Source: Hormiphora californensis (lineage: Eukaryota; Animalia; Ctenophora). Taken from it: 64,000 nucleotides of DNA. Numbering within the stretch: the first letter of the stretch is position 1; each line of letters begins with the position of its first letter. Under the pieces are notes generated by a model. The model worked only from the letters and a program-made list of their open reading frames with translations. It did no database searches and was not told the origin of the DNA. The position numbers and the translations under genes are program-made. Location: the NCBI GenBank assembly GCA_020137815.1, contig CM035357.1, positions 4,650,001 to 4,714,000 on the forward strand, given 5' to 3'. This document shows, piece by piece, positions 11,096-49,514 of the stretch.

Positions 11096-11717
11096 GGTAA
11101 GTCGGAAGAACCTGTCCGTTCCTCTCATGAGTGTATCATGAGCGCTCATGAGACGTTTTTAGGTGTTTCAACGTCTCATGAGTGTGTCATGAGCGCTCAT
11201 GAGACCTTGCTCATGAGCGCTCATGAGACATATGTCTCATCCCATCTCTATTTCAATGTCTCATGAGCGCTCATGAGACGTTTTGACCTACATGTGCTCA
11301 TGAGTGTATCATGAGACATGTCTCATGAGACATATGTCTCATGAGGGTTATGGTTGGGTTTAGGGTTGGGCTAGGGTTAGGGCTTTCCTTTAGGTTTAGG
11401 GACCCGTAGAGGGTAGGGCTAGGTCCAAGCCTATGGGTCAACCCTAACCATATCCCTACGGGTCCCTAAACCTAAAGGATAACCCTAATCCTAGCCCAAC
11501 CGTAAACCCAACCCTAACCCTAACGCTAACGTCTCATGAGACATATGTCTCATGAGACATGTCTCATGATACACTCATGAGCACATGTAGGTCAAAACGT
11601 CTCATGAGACATTGAAACAGAGATGGGATGAGACATATGTCTCATGACACACTCATGAAACGTTGAAACACCTAAAAACGTCTCATAAGAGGAACGGACA
11701 GGTTCTTCCGACTTACC
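11096..11717. mobile_element. Foldback/palindromic MITE with internal CTCATGAG repeats and TTAGGG-like tracts
   Basis: TIRs ggtaagtcggaagaacctgtccgttcctct / agaggaacggacaggttcttccgacttacc; almost the whole element is self-complementary. Confidence 0.88.
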
Positions 11718-12926
11718 AAATCGCTTGCTTTCACGCTTCCCCCTGCCAGAAAGATTGAAAAACAGACGAAAAGAGCTTTTTTTCACGCCGGTTTTCGGCA
11801 AAATTCAAAAATCGCAACGCCGCGCAGTAAGAATTTTGTTTCAAAAATTCGCGCGCCGAAATGCCGCGCACTCACAGTAAAACTGCGCGTGGAAACCTGA
11901 TGCAACAAAATCGATTTTTAGACTTCCCCCTTCACCCCAACAAACTGAAACTTCACTAAATTGGGCATTAATTACGTATTATACAATTGAACGTTGTTAC
12001 TTAGCTAACTTCCAATTCTCACACGTCACGATCGAAGCAGAAACATATCACACCACTCGCACAGGAAGAAAAGAATATGGGCCACACACATGTACGGGCT
12101 TTTGCAGAGATCTCTCCTTTTCAGGATAAAATAAGGCACATTAAACAACACTGGTATCGTTCTACATGCAATGCTATTGACACAATATCATCTCTGGTAG
12201 TACTCTCTGTCATGTTTCTCTCCGCCTTAGAACACTTACACACGCGGACATAGTTCGATAATATCATTGTTTTGGTTCGGCAAAATAATTTCGGTCGGGT
12301 ACACACAATTTAAATACGTGGTGAGATTAAGAAAGGAATCCTAAAATTTATTGAAGCAAACATTGTCCCTCCCTCAAACAACTACACCTAGATATAAAAT
12401 TCTCCAGGATTTAAAGATAACAATGTGGGTGCACACGGAAAAAAGCAAAAAAGAGAAATATCACACAGGCTTCACACACTCACACACAAATGGGGGGACA
12501 AAAGGGAAAATAAGTTCTATATTTAATACCCGTGTATAAGTCTCTGCTTTTGTGACAAGCACGCGTACACACAATCACCGGAATGCCACAACTTGCTTGT
12601 TGTTACCACGGTAGCACTAGGGGCGGGTTACCATGGTAACTTATAGTCATGGTAACAACACATCATGTCATGATGGTACGAGACGTGTGCCGTCCATTTC
12701 GTGCAATACAAATAAATAAAAATTTAGTGAGGGAGAGAGGGAAAACAACAGAAGTAATAGAAAGCGAGAAAGAGAGGAAGTAAGTTGAGCGGGAGAGGAC
12801 ACACATACACATACAAGGGGCATCTTATAATAATAATGTAGATATTAAAACACTTTCACTCTCCCCCTTCCTTTATTTCTCTCTCTAACTCGCCATGATT
12901 CTTCGTTCTATCTATCTCATCCCTAT

Positions 12927-38972
<26,046 letters not shown>

Positions 38973-39559
38973 CTCAGCCTTACTAAATTGAAAGATGGGG
39001 TTAGGTAAACAAATTTACATATATATTGGAGTGATAACCATGTATGCGGTAGAGGGGGTTGGGGAATTATTATGAAAGAAATTCTATGGTCACGGATACT
39101 TTAAACTAAATAAAACCCGGCATGAGTAATAATGCCCTAATTTCCCGGAGTAAATTGAGAACATGTACATTGTACCAATCCGCCACACTAATCCCTAGAA
39201 ATAAAACCTAACCCCTCATAACTATTGGGTATGATATCCCCTCTTCTTCTCTCCCTCCTGCGCTGTCCTCTCTCACGTTTTCGCGCGCACATGCTACATC
39301 TAGGGAGACTGGAGAGAGGGTACACCGTGCCCAATCACAACTAGTTGTATATATTTTATAAGTTGAGAAAGATTCAGTAGAGTATAAACCTTCTAAAAGA
39401 TGAAGTTCTTATCTATGATCATGTTTGGCCTGGTTAGATTACTACTTGTTGCACTTTAGATCTTCAGGGATAAATGAAAGAGCAGAGCAGGTGATGGTAA
39501 TTAATCCATCTGTTTAAACGGGTAGGAGCAGAAAAGGTTAAGTCTAGACATAGTCTGAC

Positions 39560-40648
39560 ACCGTTGTGATTTGGGTGTTTAGGTGCCTATAAATAGCTTC
39601 AACCTACAACCACCAAACCACTCAACCGTTTCGTTCAATTAAAAAAGTATTTTTTGACTAACTCCTAGCCCTAACTAAACTCCTACCCTTATCTTTGCCC
39701 CTAAACTAATAAAACCGGAGTGCATTAAACAGAATTTAAGGTTTTACGCCACAGTTTTAGTTTTGCCCTACGCTGCAGCTGTCAAAAAATTACGCTCAGA
39801 GAACGGAAAACTTTGGCATATGCTTAATAAACCTCGCAGTTAGTTGAGTGCGGGATAAGACAGCGCTTTTCCACAAAAAAAGGCCGTCGTGAGCGACTGA
39901 AAACAACAAACTCACTCCTCTCACCGGGGTCTCGCGAGGGCCAGCGTTAAAATTTGGGTGTTTGGTGAGTGCTGACTAAACGGTTTTTAGGGTTAGGGCT
40001 AAAGTAGGGTTAGGGTTGGGGTTAGGCCTTGACATTTCCTACCAGAAAAACTTAGAATTAGCCAAAACGGTTGAGTGGTTTGGTAGTTAGAGCCGTTTTG
40101 GTGAATCAACTTTTTTGGAAGGGCGCAACTGTAAACAGGCCACCAAACACCCAGATCGTAACGACGCCCTCTCGCGGGACGCGGGCGACAAACCAAAAAG
40201 GTTCAGCGCGGCGGAGCTGAGAGACAAATTTTGAAAAACCTGATGAAATTTTTTTAGTGAGTGAGACCGCGCGTCTCGCTTTCTTGGCGGTGCTTAAACT
40301 AATAATTTAGCCGCAGCGTCAAAATCTCTAGAGTGTGCGGCGCATAAAAACATGAAAAAAGGCACGTTCAGACGCTTTTTTTAAAGTCCTTCTTTTCAGG
40401 CCAGCGTTAAAATCTGGGTGTTTCGTGAGTGCTGACAAACGGTTTTTTAGGGTTAGGGCTAAAGTAGGGTTAGGGTTAGGGTTGGGGTTTGGGTTGGGGT
40501 TAGGCCTTGACATTCCCTACCAGATAAACTTTGAATTAGCCAAAACGGTTGAGTGGTTCGGCGGTTAGAGCCGTTTTAGTGAATCAACTTTTTTGGCAGC
40601 GCGCACCTGTAAACAGGCCACCAAACACCCAGATCGTAACGGCGCCCT
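39560..40648. mobile_element. Degenerate inverted-repeat element (39560-40165) with a duplicated right arm (39939-40170 repeated at 40399-40648); GGGTTA tracts
   Basis: cgttgtgatttgggtgttt..aaaccactcaaccgttt pairs with aaacggttgagtggttt..aaacacccagatcgtaacg. Confidence 0.65.
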
Positions 40649-40708
40649 TCTTTTCAAGTTTCAGCTGTTCAGCTGTTTTTACCCCGTTTTACGCCGGTTC
40701 CTGATGAG

Positions 40709-41605
40709 ATAGTGAACCATAATAAAGTTTAAGAGCCTCCAAGAGCGCCCAAGAGCGCACCCCATCGAAGAGAGACCACACCTAACTCCTAAGAGCGCAC
40801 CACACCCAAAAGAGACCACATCCAAGAGCGTACTTCCCTTCAACGCCGCCGAGAACGTTACAGCATCATAATGATGTGGAAGATGAATGTTATGAACCCA
40901 ACAACATCGGCATCCGCTTCTATAACAACAACCGTCTCGGGAAAAAAGCGGACCCGACATGTCCCACAAACACACAGAAGTCAGTCGCGACGAAGTACCA
41001 CAACTCGTTTATCTGTAGAGCGACTCGACTATGGAACACACTACCCAGGGAAGTGAACTTAGCGGAAGACCTACCGTCGTTCAAGGTACTACTAGGGGAA
41101 TGGATGAAGAGATTTCCGGATCGCCCACCGGTTCTCGGATACCCAAAACAAAACAACAATTCAATCTTGGACTGGATACGGATCGTTTCCAGGGAGGGGG
41201 AGGCTCTGTGAGGAACTGACACCTGTGTAGTTTGTACACGAAGAAGATTACAAGATTACAAGATTACGAGATTACCACATCCAGAAGAGACCACATCCAA
41301 GAGTGCACCACCTCCAGAAGACACCACTCCAAGAGCGTACCACATCAAAGAGAGCTCTCCATCCAGAAGAGACACCACGCACAGAAGAGACCAGCGCGGC
41401 GTTGTATTTGCGTGTGTGATCTCTTCTGCGTGTGGTCCACTGTCCCCTGCGTGTGGTATCTTCTGGATGGGGAGCTCTCTTTGATATGGTGCGCTCTTGG
41501 GGTGGTGTCTTCTGGTGGTGGTACGCTCTCAGGTGTGGTCTCTCTTCGATGGGGTGTGCTCTTGGGCGCTCTTGGAGGCTCTTGAACTTTATTATGGTTC
41601 ACTAT
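40709..41605. mobile_element. Palindromic MITE (TIR ATAGTGAACCATAATAAAGTT) carrying a nested LINE fragment
   Basis: 40709-40800 is the reverse complement of 41515-41605. Confidence 0.85.
40836..41266 (+). mobile_element. 5'-truncated CR1/L2-like LINE (end of RT ORF plus 3' tail)
   Basis: NSFICRATRLWNTLPREV...FKVLL...PDRPPVLGY is a typical LINE ORF2 C-terminus; tail (AAGATTAC)3. Confidence 0.85.
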
Positions 41606-41763
41606 AGAGACTTCAGCCGGGGTTTATTCGAAAGTTCTTAAATTTCTTTTTTCAACGCATCCAGAATGAAGTCGCAATCTTATCAAGAATCAGCGACATC
41701 ACAGAAAAAACTTTGCGAAAACAGATATTTTTTCAGTTATTGAAAATCACATATTCCCTAGCA

Positions 41764-42663
41764 ATGAAACGTCTCACGTTAGCGGTGGTGTTTCTTCTGT
41801 TTTGTAGCGTCTACGCTACATGGAACACGACAACATCCCAGGCCCCTGATACGGTTAAAATTGACAGCAATGGAAATGCGACAGTTCGGTGTGCTCACAT
41901 GGATGAAACCCCATCCTTCCGAATAATTTACTATGATGGTTCTAACAATAAGGTCGAGGCAGAATATGATTATGTCAAAAAAGATTCCTTTGCAGTTCTG
42001 CTTTTATCAAACGAAGAAGTTAAAAGCCAAATAAACGATATGGGGAGAGATGGAGAAGCGGAGGTGATGAAAATGTCCTCTGTAAAAGGTGTCAATTCAT
42101 CATTGTTTATCTCTACACTCAAGTCTCCACTTGCGGGACGAGAGTATTACTGTGAGTTCACAGTTGGTAGCACTTCGGAGGAGGTGAAATTTGATGTGAT
42201 TGGAAACAACGAGGCACTTCCTACTAGTAGCTTCAAAGGAACACGTCAAGGGGATAACTTGGTGATTGGGAGTATTATTCAGGGTGATGGCGATTCTATT
42301 GTTCCAGAATTCACATTTCAGTTTGGTGAGGAGTGGGCAACTTATAAAGCCACAAATTACACCCTGTCAACAACTGAGTCGACCCTTCAGATCATTTTAC
42401 ATGTAACTGATGTGTATTACTTCGCAAATTCCGGTTGGTATGAACCTGATGCACTGAAAGTAACGTTGAAAGTAGCAGGAAGCACAACGCAATACACGTG
42501 GAATGCGATTGGAATGTTTGGGTATACAGGCCAGGAAAGTGATTTTCTGTTCGTGATTTTCATTTATATAGGTTTGTTCACTGGTGGGGGCCTGTGGCTT
42601 GTTGCCGCAGTAGCGATCGCAGCTGTCAGAGGTAAAATGTGTGCCTGTTGTAGGTCCAATTAA
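41764..42663 (+). CDS. Single-exon type-I membrane glycoprotein with a probable Ig-like ectodomain (paralog A)
   Basis: ATG at 41764 gives signal peptide MKRLTLAVVFLLFCSVYA; ATVRC...YYCEF; several NxT/S sites; C-terminal hydrophobic span; short tail RGKMCACCRSN. Confidence 0.8.
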   Translation: MKRLTLAVVFLLFCSVYATWNTTTSQAPDTVKIDSNGNATVRCAHMDETPSFRIIYYDGSNNKVEAEYDYVKKDSFAVLLLSNEEVKSQINDMGRDGEAEVMKMSSVKGVNSSLFISTLKSPLAGREYYCEFTVGSTSEEVKFDVIGNNEALPTSSFKGTRQGDNLVIGSIIQGDGDSIVPEFTFQFGEEWATYKATNYTLSTTESTLQIILHVTDVYYFANSGWYEPDALKVTLKVAGSTTQYTWNAIGMFGYTGQESDFLFVIFIYIGLFTGGGLWLVAAVAIAAVRGKMCACCRSN

Positions 42664-42716
42664 TTGACAATTTGAGTATGGAAATTGTAATACCTCTGTT
42701 CGGTTCGTGAGAGGTA

Positions 42717-42901
42717 CAGTCGGACCCCGAGTTAGTGGCATCCTCGGGGAAACAAAATCCTGCCACTAAATCGGGGTGCCACTAAATCGGGGTCAAATAA
42801 TGTTAATTTCCTATATCGGGGGAAAAATCCTGCCACTAAATCGGGGTGCAACTAAATCGGGGTGCCACTAAATCGGGGGCCACTAAATCGGGGTCCGACT
42901 G
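42717..42901. mobile_element. Tc1/pogo-type MITE (CAGTCGGACCCC family)
   Basis: TA-flanked TIRs with repeated ccactaaatcgggg subterminal motifs. Confidence 0.88.
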
Positions 42902-43343
42902 TACTAACCGTTTATATTAAACTCACTTTGGTCGTGATCGAAGAAGAAGAACCCTTAGTTATCATGTATGTTTTTAGTATCTCTCCCTATGATATGGTGT
43001 ACCCTCGGCCTTCCCATGGTATCATACCATAATGGTGTACCCCCTGATCTTGAGCTGGGAAATTAGGCTGTGAGCACACAAGAGTGAAATCGTGCTGGAA
43101 AGTGTGATTAACTCATGAGAAAGGAGAACACTGTTATCATAGCTGCTTGGTTTTGTGTTATACAGTAATAAATTCTTTTTATATGTTATACATATTGTGT
43201 TCCTTAGTTTTTAGAGTTTGTTACTTTCCATACAATATTTAATATCACTTATCGTTTTAGAGTTTAGAGTTTAGCGTTTTCATCACTGTCTACAACACTA
43301 TTACCATACAATTCCTAATTCCCTTATCCTTTTAACGCAGGAT

Positions 43344-44282
43344 ATGACAATTGACATGCAACTCATCCTATTCTCCTTCCTACTCACCTCCTGTACCTGC
43401 AGTAGTGTTTATTATCGTGAGCAGTGCAGAGCTCCACCTGTTGTGAAAGCTGATCCGACTACTGGCAATGTGACATTTAGGATTGGAGCGTATAACCGTC
43501 ATAACGGAGACATCCCCTCAGCGGTAGACCTGAACATCACATACATAGATGATAGTGACAATTCAACCAATATAATCGATAACGATCACACCGTGGTGGA
43601 GAGCTTTAGTTTGTTCCTTGCATCCAAGGAGGAGATGGAGAGCACAGCGGTGGGAATGGGGCGGAACCTGACTTTAGATCGCAAGGCAATGGGTTTAGGT
43701 ACTGTTACTAACCTTATCACTGCTACATTTAAACCTATATCAGGTGTTAGCGACTATGGCGTCTCCCTGAAAAACATTGACCCTGAAACCTATTACGACG
43801 ATGTGTGTACCCTCAAATTGAAGTTAGTCTCCTCCTCCTATCCAACGAGTCCTTTGTATTACATTTATAGTGAAACCAAATATATGGCTCATCATTTCCT
43901 GCAGACTAGCAAGGAAAATGTTGATCCAGCGGTGACTTGGGAGATAATAGAGGATGATTGGTTAACGATGAGCAGTATCTCGTATGTGTTTCGTAGCCCT
44001 CACAACATGATGGATGTTCTTGTTTGGGCCGAGGGCGTCTTCTCTCTGAAGTACTATAGAAATGTCCTCCGAGTGAAGGTCACGGTCGAGGATAAAGAAT
44101 CAGATTGGCTTGCATGGAAAGGAAACTTTGTTGGATATCAGTGGTTTGAGTATGAGTATAAGCATGTGGAACGATTTCTTTTTATTTTGTTAGGCCTTTT
44201 CCTCACGGCTGCCTTTTTGGGAATTTTCTTTATTGCAGCAATATCGGTAGCTTTTGTGAGGGGAAAGGTTTGCTGCAATTAA
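43344..44282 (+). CDS. Single-exon type-I membrane glycoprotein (paralog B)
   Basis: 312-aa ORF with signal peptide, TM span and tail RGKVCCN. Colinear with paralog A (SFSLFLASKEEMESTAVGMGR vs SFAVLLLSNEEVKSQINDMGR; FLFILLGLF vs FLFVIFIYIGLF). Confidence 0.82.
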   Translation: MTIDMQLILFSFLLTSCTCSSVYYREQCRAPPVVKADPTTGNVTFRIGAYNRHNGDIPSAVDLNITYIDDSDNSTNIIDNDHTVVESFSLFLASKEEMESTAVGMGRNLTLDRKAMGLGTVTNLITATFKPISGVSDYGVSLKNIDPETYYDDVCTLKLKLVSSSYPTSPLYYIYSETKYMAHHFLQTSKENVDPAVTWEIIEDDWLTMSSISYVFRSPHNMMDVLVWAEGVFSLKYYRNVLRVKVTVEDKESDWLAWKGNFVGYQWFEYEYKHVERFLFILLGLFLTAAFLGIFFIAAISVAFVRGKVCCN

Positions 44283-44691
44283 GAACTTTCATTATTACAT
44301 ATATATTTACTAAAGGACAATGATTTATAGAATTATATTGCTTTCTACAATTAAGAATTATAACTTCTGTTTTAGAAACTGTTTATAATCGAATCGAATC
44401 GAATCCAAAGATCGAAATATTTAGATTTATTGTATTGTTGCTATTGTAATTACAAGTACATAATATGTACTACCCAACTTATTTATCTCCATGGCATTTA
44501 GTATAACCCCGAGTTTTATTTTATGCTGTACCAAATCTATCTTGCCCATTTTATTTAATCCAATACCTCCCTAGCAATGATGCCAGAAGACAGCGAGGGA
44601 TTAGCACGGTCGTGGCCGCTTGAGAATTCTCAAAACACGGTAATTAATTTTTAGAAACTCGACTTCAACAGATATATATAGTATTATAAAA

Positions 44692-47600
44692 TTAGCATTC
44701 TCCACAAGACTTCCTACAGTGAATCTTCATCCAGTCGGGAGAGGATTGACAATCTCCTCTGTTGGCGAACGCCTGGCAGGAGTCTGAGTTGTCGCCACAC
44801 TCTGAGGGGAGAGTTTTGGTTAGATTTGTTTCATTGGCTTATTTTATAAAGGAGTATATAATATGTTTGATAAAGGAGTAAAGACTTTATAAAGGAGTTC
44901 AATGACTTACCACAGTAATGGCAAGATTTAGGGCACTTTGAGATGATATCAGCCCAAGGATAGACCATGTAGCAGTCTCCCTTAGCAGCCATAGCAGGAC
45001 AACCTGGGTCCGTATCCACGCATTTCTCGGGTTCTGTTAGGGGTTTTGGTTTCGTGAAAGAAAAACGGGGAAAAAGTTCATTGACATATCTGGAGTAAGT
45101 TTGGTAAGGTTTTTAAATTTTGTCTCACACAAACACACAAACACACCGGATATTTTGCACGTGGCAGCCATTGAAACCAAACATACTACCCTGTTCCTAA
45201 ACTGGGAACTCTGAAAGATATAACTACTTACCACAAACTCCACAAGATGCTCGGCAATGACTCAACATCCAATCAGGGTTAACTTCGCATTGGCCACCAG
45301 CGGCCCATACTGGACACCCACCGTGGTTATCTCCACAGCTGAAATATGGGGTGTTAGAATTGTGAAACACTGAGGCACGTTTTGCCCATATATGGTGTTG
45401 TGTGTGTCACGTGATCAGGTGGAACATGGCCCCATTTGTAACCTGCACTGGTGACAAGACTTGGGACAGTTCTCAAACATATCATCCCAAACCCCATTGT
45501 AGCAGTCTCCGTTCAGTGCCCACTCGAAACATCGATCCTTCTTATCCTTACACTCTATAGGAGAGATTGCAAATTATAATTAGCTTGCACCACCCTCTTT
45601 GATAAGAAACAATTCGCTCGCTACCGAGTCAATAGGTGTGATCTTAAATCGAACCCTAAAAATCGAAGCCTACGTACCAGGATCTGTTGTTGGCTTAGGT
45701 CCATCGGTAGGGTTAGGTCCATCGGTAGGGTTAGGTCCATCAGTAGGGTTAGGTCCATCAGTAGGTGTATCGGTAGGTCCATCAGTAGGCTTGGGTGTGG
45801 GATTGGGAGTAGGTCGGTTATCGTCACACATATCACAGGACTTCCTGCATTGCCACTGCATAAAGTTTGGGTTTGCCGTGCATTCACCCCAACCAGCCCA
45901 CTCTTCACACTTCTCATGGTTATCACCACACCCTGAGGGAAACAAGTTTTGGGGGTGGTCATTGGTGTCTTAATAGAATAGATTGAAGGGCTCTTAGAAT
46001 AGTTCCACTCTTATGCAGAATTCCGGTTTCTCGTCAGAGATTTCAACAAACTCACTTCATGGGGTTACATTGAATTTCCCATTTCACCCACCCCTAATTA
46101 AAACTCACTGCACTGGTTGCATGACCGGGCACATCCCGTCAACATGTAATCAGGGTTGTTCCAGCACTCTCCCCAGTCCTTCCACATTGCACAGCTAGGG
46201 TTGGTATCTCGGCAACCTAGGGGGAGTTGGTAATGGTATCTAGGGGGTGAGGAGTTTGGTGTTTCAGAAGTTACAGAGAATATGCGTTCTTCTACAATAA
46301 AATTTGTACAGCAGGAAGGAGAAAACCAAACTTCCTCCTTTGGAAAAATTTTACCTATCTGTCTGAGACCTTCTCAAAGGCAAAACGTTACCTAACGGAC
46401 CAAGGTATCAAATGTTCCAGAAGTTTAAACCATGAGTCTCTTTCTCTCCCAGGGGAGAGAAAGGGACTCGGCGCCAAAGTTAACACACCCGGCCCGGGTT
46501 GGTTTGGAGGTTTGCTGAGCGTACCCCATGGTTTAATTTAACAAACAAATAAATTGATATGGTTAGTGATTGTGTGGGGAGGGAATTAATTTTTCAACCC
46601 TTACCAGGATCGGGGGTAGGTATAAAGGTAGGAGGCTCACTGGTTGGCTCATCAGCACCTCGAATCAGGGGATAGGCAGGAAAATCAGAAACTCGGCACG
46701 TATTTAGACCCCTGAAAGGATTAGAATTTTGATTACAAGTCTGTTAACAATGATTTTCTCCTAGATGTGCAGACTTCACACCTTGAAATGGTCATGTATC
46801 CCTTATCTACCCACCCACCTTGAAATGGTCATGTATCCCTTATCTCCCCACTTGGCTCCCCAGCTGTTTTTGATCGTGAAGGTGTCAGAGGTGTATCCCA
46901 CAGCGGTGAGAGCATGGTTAGTGGGGTCGAACTCACAGGCACAGTCTTTCAGACCATCATAAACACCTATTGAGAATGGGAAGGGTTAGTTGTCTCGCAG
47001 TGCAGGACTATAATACCACACAAACCACGAGAGATATGACGGGTAATACATCACGGTGAATTATCATGAAAATCAGTTTTCTCATCACAGTACTGAACAT
47101 TTGGAGTTGAGCCTGGCCTATAATGGAAATATACAGATGTTCCTGTTTTACACTTACCAGATTGGTATTGGAAGGCTTTTCCCTGGAAAGGTCATGGCGA
47201 CAGCAGTTGGGGTGAGGGCGATGGCATTAGCAAGGTTGTCATCTCCCGCATCTACAAGCACAATCTTTTTGATGGTACTGTGGGAGGGGGGGGGGGTAAC
47301 GTTAGTTTATTATCCACTAACCAAACCTTTTGTTGTTTGAAAGCTCCCATATATGATGTTTCAATGGCTTTTTGGTACTAATTATCCGTTTACCAACTAC
47401 TAATTATCCCTCTACTATTTACTAATTGATAGTAGACAGTTGTACATCCCAGAGAGAATAATAAAAACTCTGACAAACTAATTAATGTAATTACCCGTCA
47501 ACAAGAGCGTTAGCAGCGCCACCACTGTTGCACTTGTTGCACACTCCATTATAGGAGTAGTCCGCACTGGATGAGAGGTGACCAGCTCTCCTAACATACT

Positions 47601-49065
47601 CCCAACAATCATCGTAGAATCCTCCATCACAACCATTGTAGTCCTGCAATTAAGGGGATAGAGATAGTTAGTATAGTCCTGATTGTAGTCCTGCAATAAG
47701 GGGTTAGAGATAGACAGAGTTAATACAATCCTTTGGATAGTCCTGATGGATAATGTGGCATGGAAACGAATTCTGATTCATAATTCATGATTATGTTATG
47801 TCGGGGTCGCACGACGTAAAAATGAGCGTGGAATACTTCCTTCAGTGTTAATAAATGCAATACTAGATATTATCTTAAACCAGAAAATCTTCATATACAA
47901 CTTACATCGTACATCTTTTCGTAAGTACAATCCAGCAGCTCCTGTTCTGAGAGATCGATGAGTTTTCCAGTTTTCACTTTGTAAGCTCCCTCCAAGGATC
48001 CAATGGCAGCAAAGGTATAAGCAAGATCCGCAGTCACCTGGGTGAAACATAACGTGATTACAAGGTTATCTTCTTTTTTGGAACTTTCTAAAGTTTTAAA
48101 CATTCAAAGAAAGTGTTTGAACTGTCGTGATTTGACAACTACTGTCTAATATTTGTTAAGTTTTAACCCTTCTTTGACCTTTTACATTTGCGGCAGCAGT
48201 GAAACAGGGCTCGAGCAATGCAATCTATTCATAGCCCAACTGTCGATAGCCCAGTTCAGCGCTTCAACTTACCCTGACTTTTCACATCGGTAACGGCTCC
48301 AGATTCCCTCCAATCGACAGATCCAGCAGAGGCAAGATAATCAGCTCGGGGACTCTCCCTAGGTCCCAGAGGGTCGGTCATGTTCTTCACGCCAAGGTAC
48401 CTCTTCTTCTCCTGCAAGAGGTCTTTGTGTTAGAGTGACTGTCACTCTTTATTTGGGTATCTCTCATTGCTTTCTCTAAAAGCAGAGATCACAATTACAC
48501 ACCCAATAAAGATTATAATTTGGACGGTGATTCTTTTTGGGACTGTTCAAACCCGTGCAACCTCTGAGAGAAAACCAACGTGTTTGTCTTTGTCTAATAC
48601 CCGGTTATAGCGTTACTATATCCAACCCTTCTTCTTACCTGGGGTGTCATGGTTGAGAATTGGTTGAGGGTACATTTGAAGGCCTCATTCTCATTACAAT
48701 CAATCACATCTTCCACACTGTCCCTGATATCGTGGAAAAACGGAGGGAGTTATATAATATGGATTAGGGCATAGAGAAATATCAGTAAATTATACTGTTT
48801 TAAGGCGCTAGAGAAGGGTTTGATTAGAATTATGATGATCATGTGACATTATGATGATCATGTGACATGATTGAAAGTGTGTAGTAGAAAACACTCACCT
48901 GAACATCCTCATCCTCAGTCGGATCTCTCCCACTCCATACTGGACTCCCTGCTCGGCAACATGTTGCTTGAATGCCGCAGCAAGAGCTCCAGGGCTCTCC
49001 AACACTCCCCTGAGGTTTACCGCTGTCGCAGTGGCGAGGAACACAAATAAAGACAACTTGAACAT
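44692..49065 (-). CDS. Cathepsin L-like C1A cysteine protease with propeptide, Pro/Thr linkers and six C-terminal ShK domains (14 exons); two apparent +1 frameshifts (~48020, ~47178)
   Basis: Signal peptide; NQFSTMT; SVDWR..VTDVKSQGDCGSC; LSEQELLDC; GCDGG; NHALTAVGY; IKNSWG..WGDKGY. ShK exons at ~46109-46216, 45677-45932, 45443-45554, 45232-45338, 44911-45034, 44692-44801. Confidence 0.9.
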
Positions 49066-49514
49066 TGTCACAATTACTCTTTGTAGACACTGTGTCAATG
49101 TGCCGTTAGATGCCGGTCTATATACTGCCCGAGCCAGCGAGTACTAATTCTTCCAGGAGCAGATGGCAGGAGAATAACGTCCCGTCAAACCTTATTAGCA
49201 CGGTTTGGCGTTATTTCACTAATTAGCACGGATTATTATCGCGGCGTGGTATCCTGCTAAACAAATCACGCCTCCTTTGTAAATCCCGCCTGTATATTGT
49301 TTGTACCGACGGTACCGAGTTGTTTAGCAGTGCTACCGTGTCACACGTGGGGTCGATACAAGAGTGTGAATGAAATCAGGGCGGGGAGAGAGGATAGTTA
49401 GTGGTCCCGGATTAGTGAGGGTGGGAGGAGGGATTTATAAAGAGCTGAGGGAAGAGATTTAGGAGGTCCAGAAATCACAAAGATCTTAGAGATAGCTTTG
49501 TCACACGCATACTT
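49066..49514. promoter_or_regulatory. Putative bidirectional promoter between the divergent cathepsin genes
   Basis: 450-bp head-to-head spacer with TATA-like elements at ~49119 (minus gene) and ~49436 (TATAAA, plus gene). Confidence 0.5.

Noticed and set aside
44656-44675. 19-bp AACTCGACTTCAACAGATA shared with 53272, downstream of both cathepsins
   Set aside because: It has the same genomic orientation although the genes are opposite, so it is not a shared 3'-UTR element; probably a small dispersed repeat.
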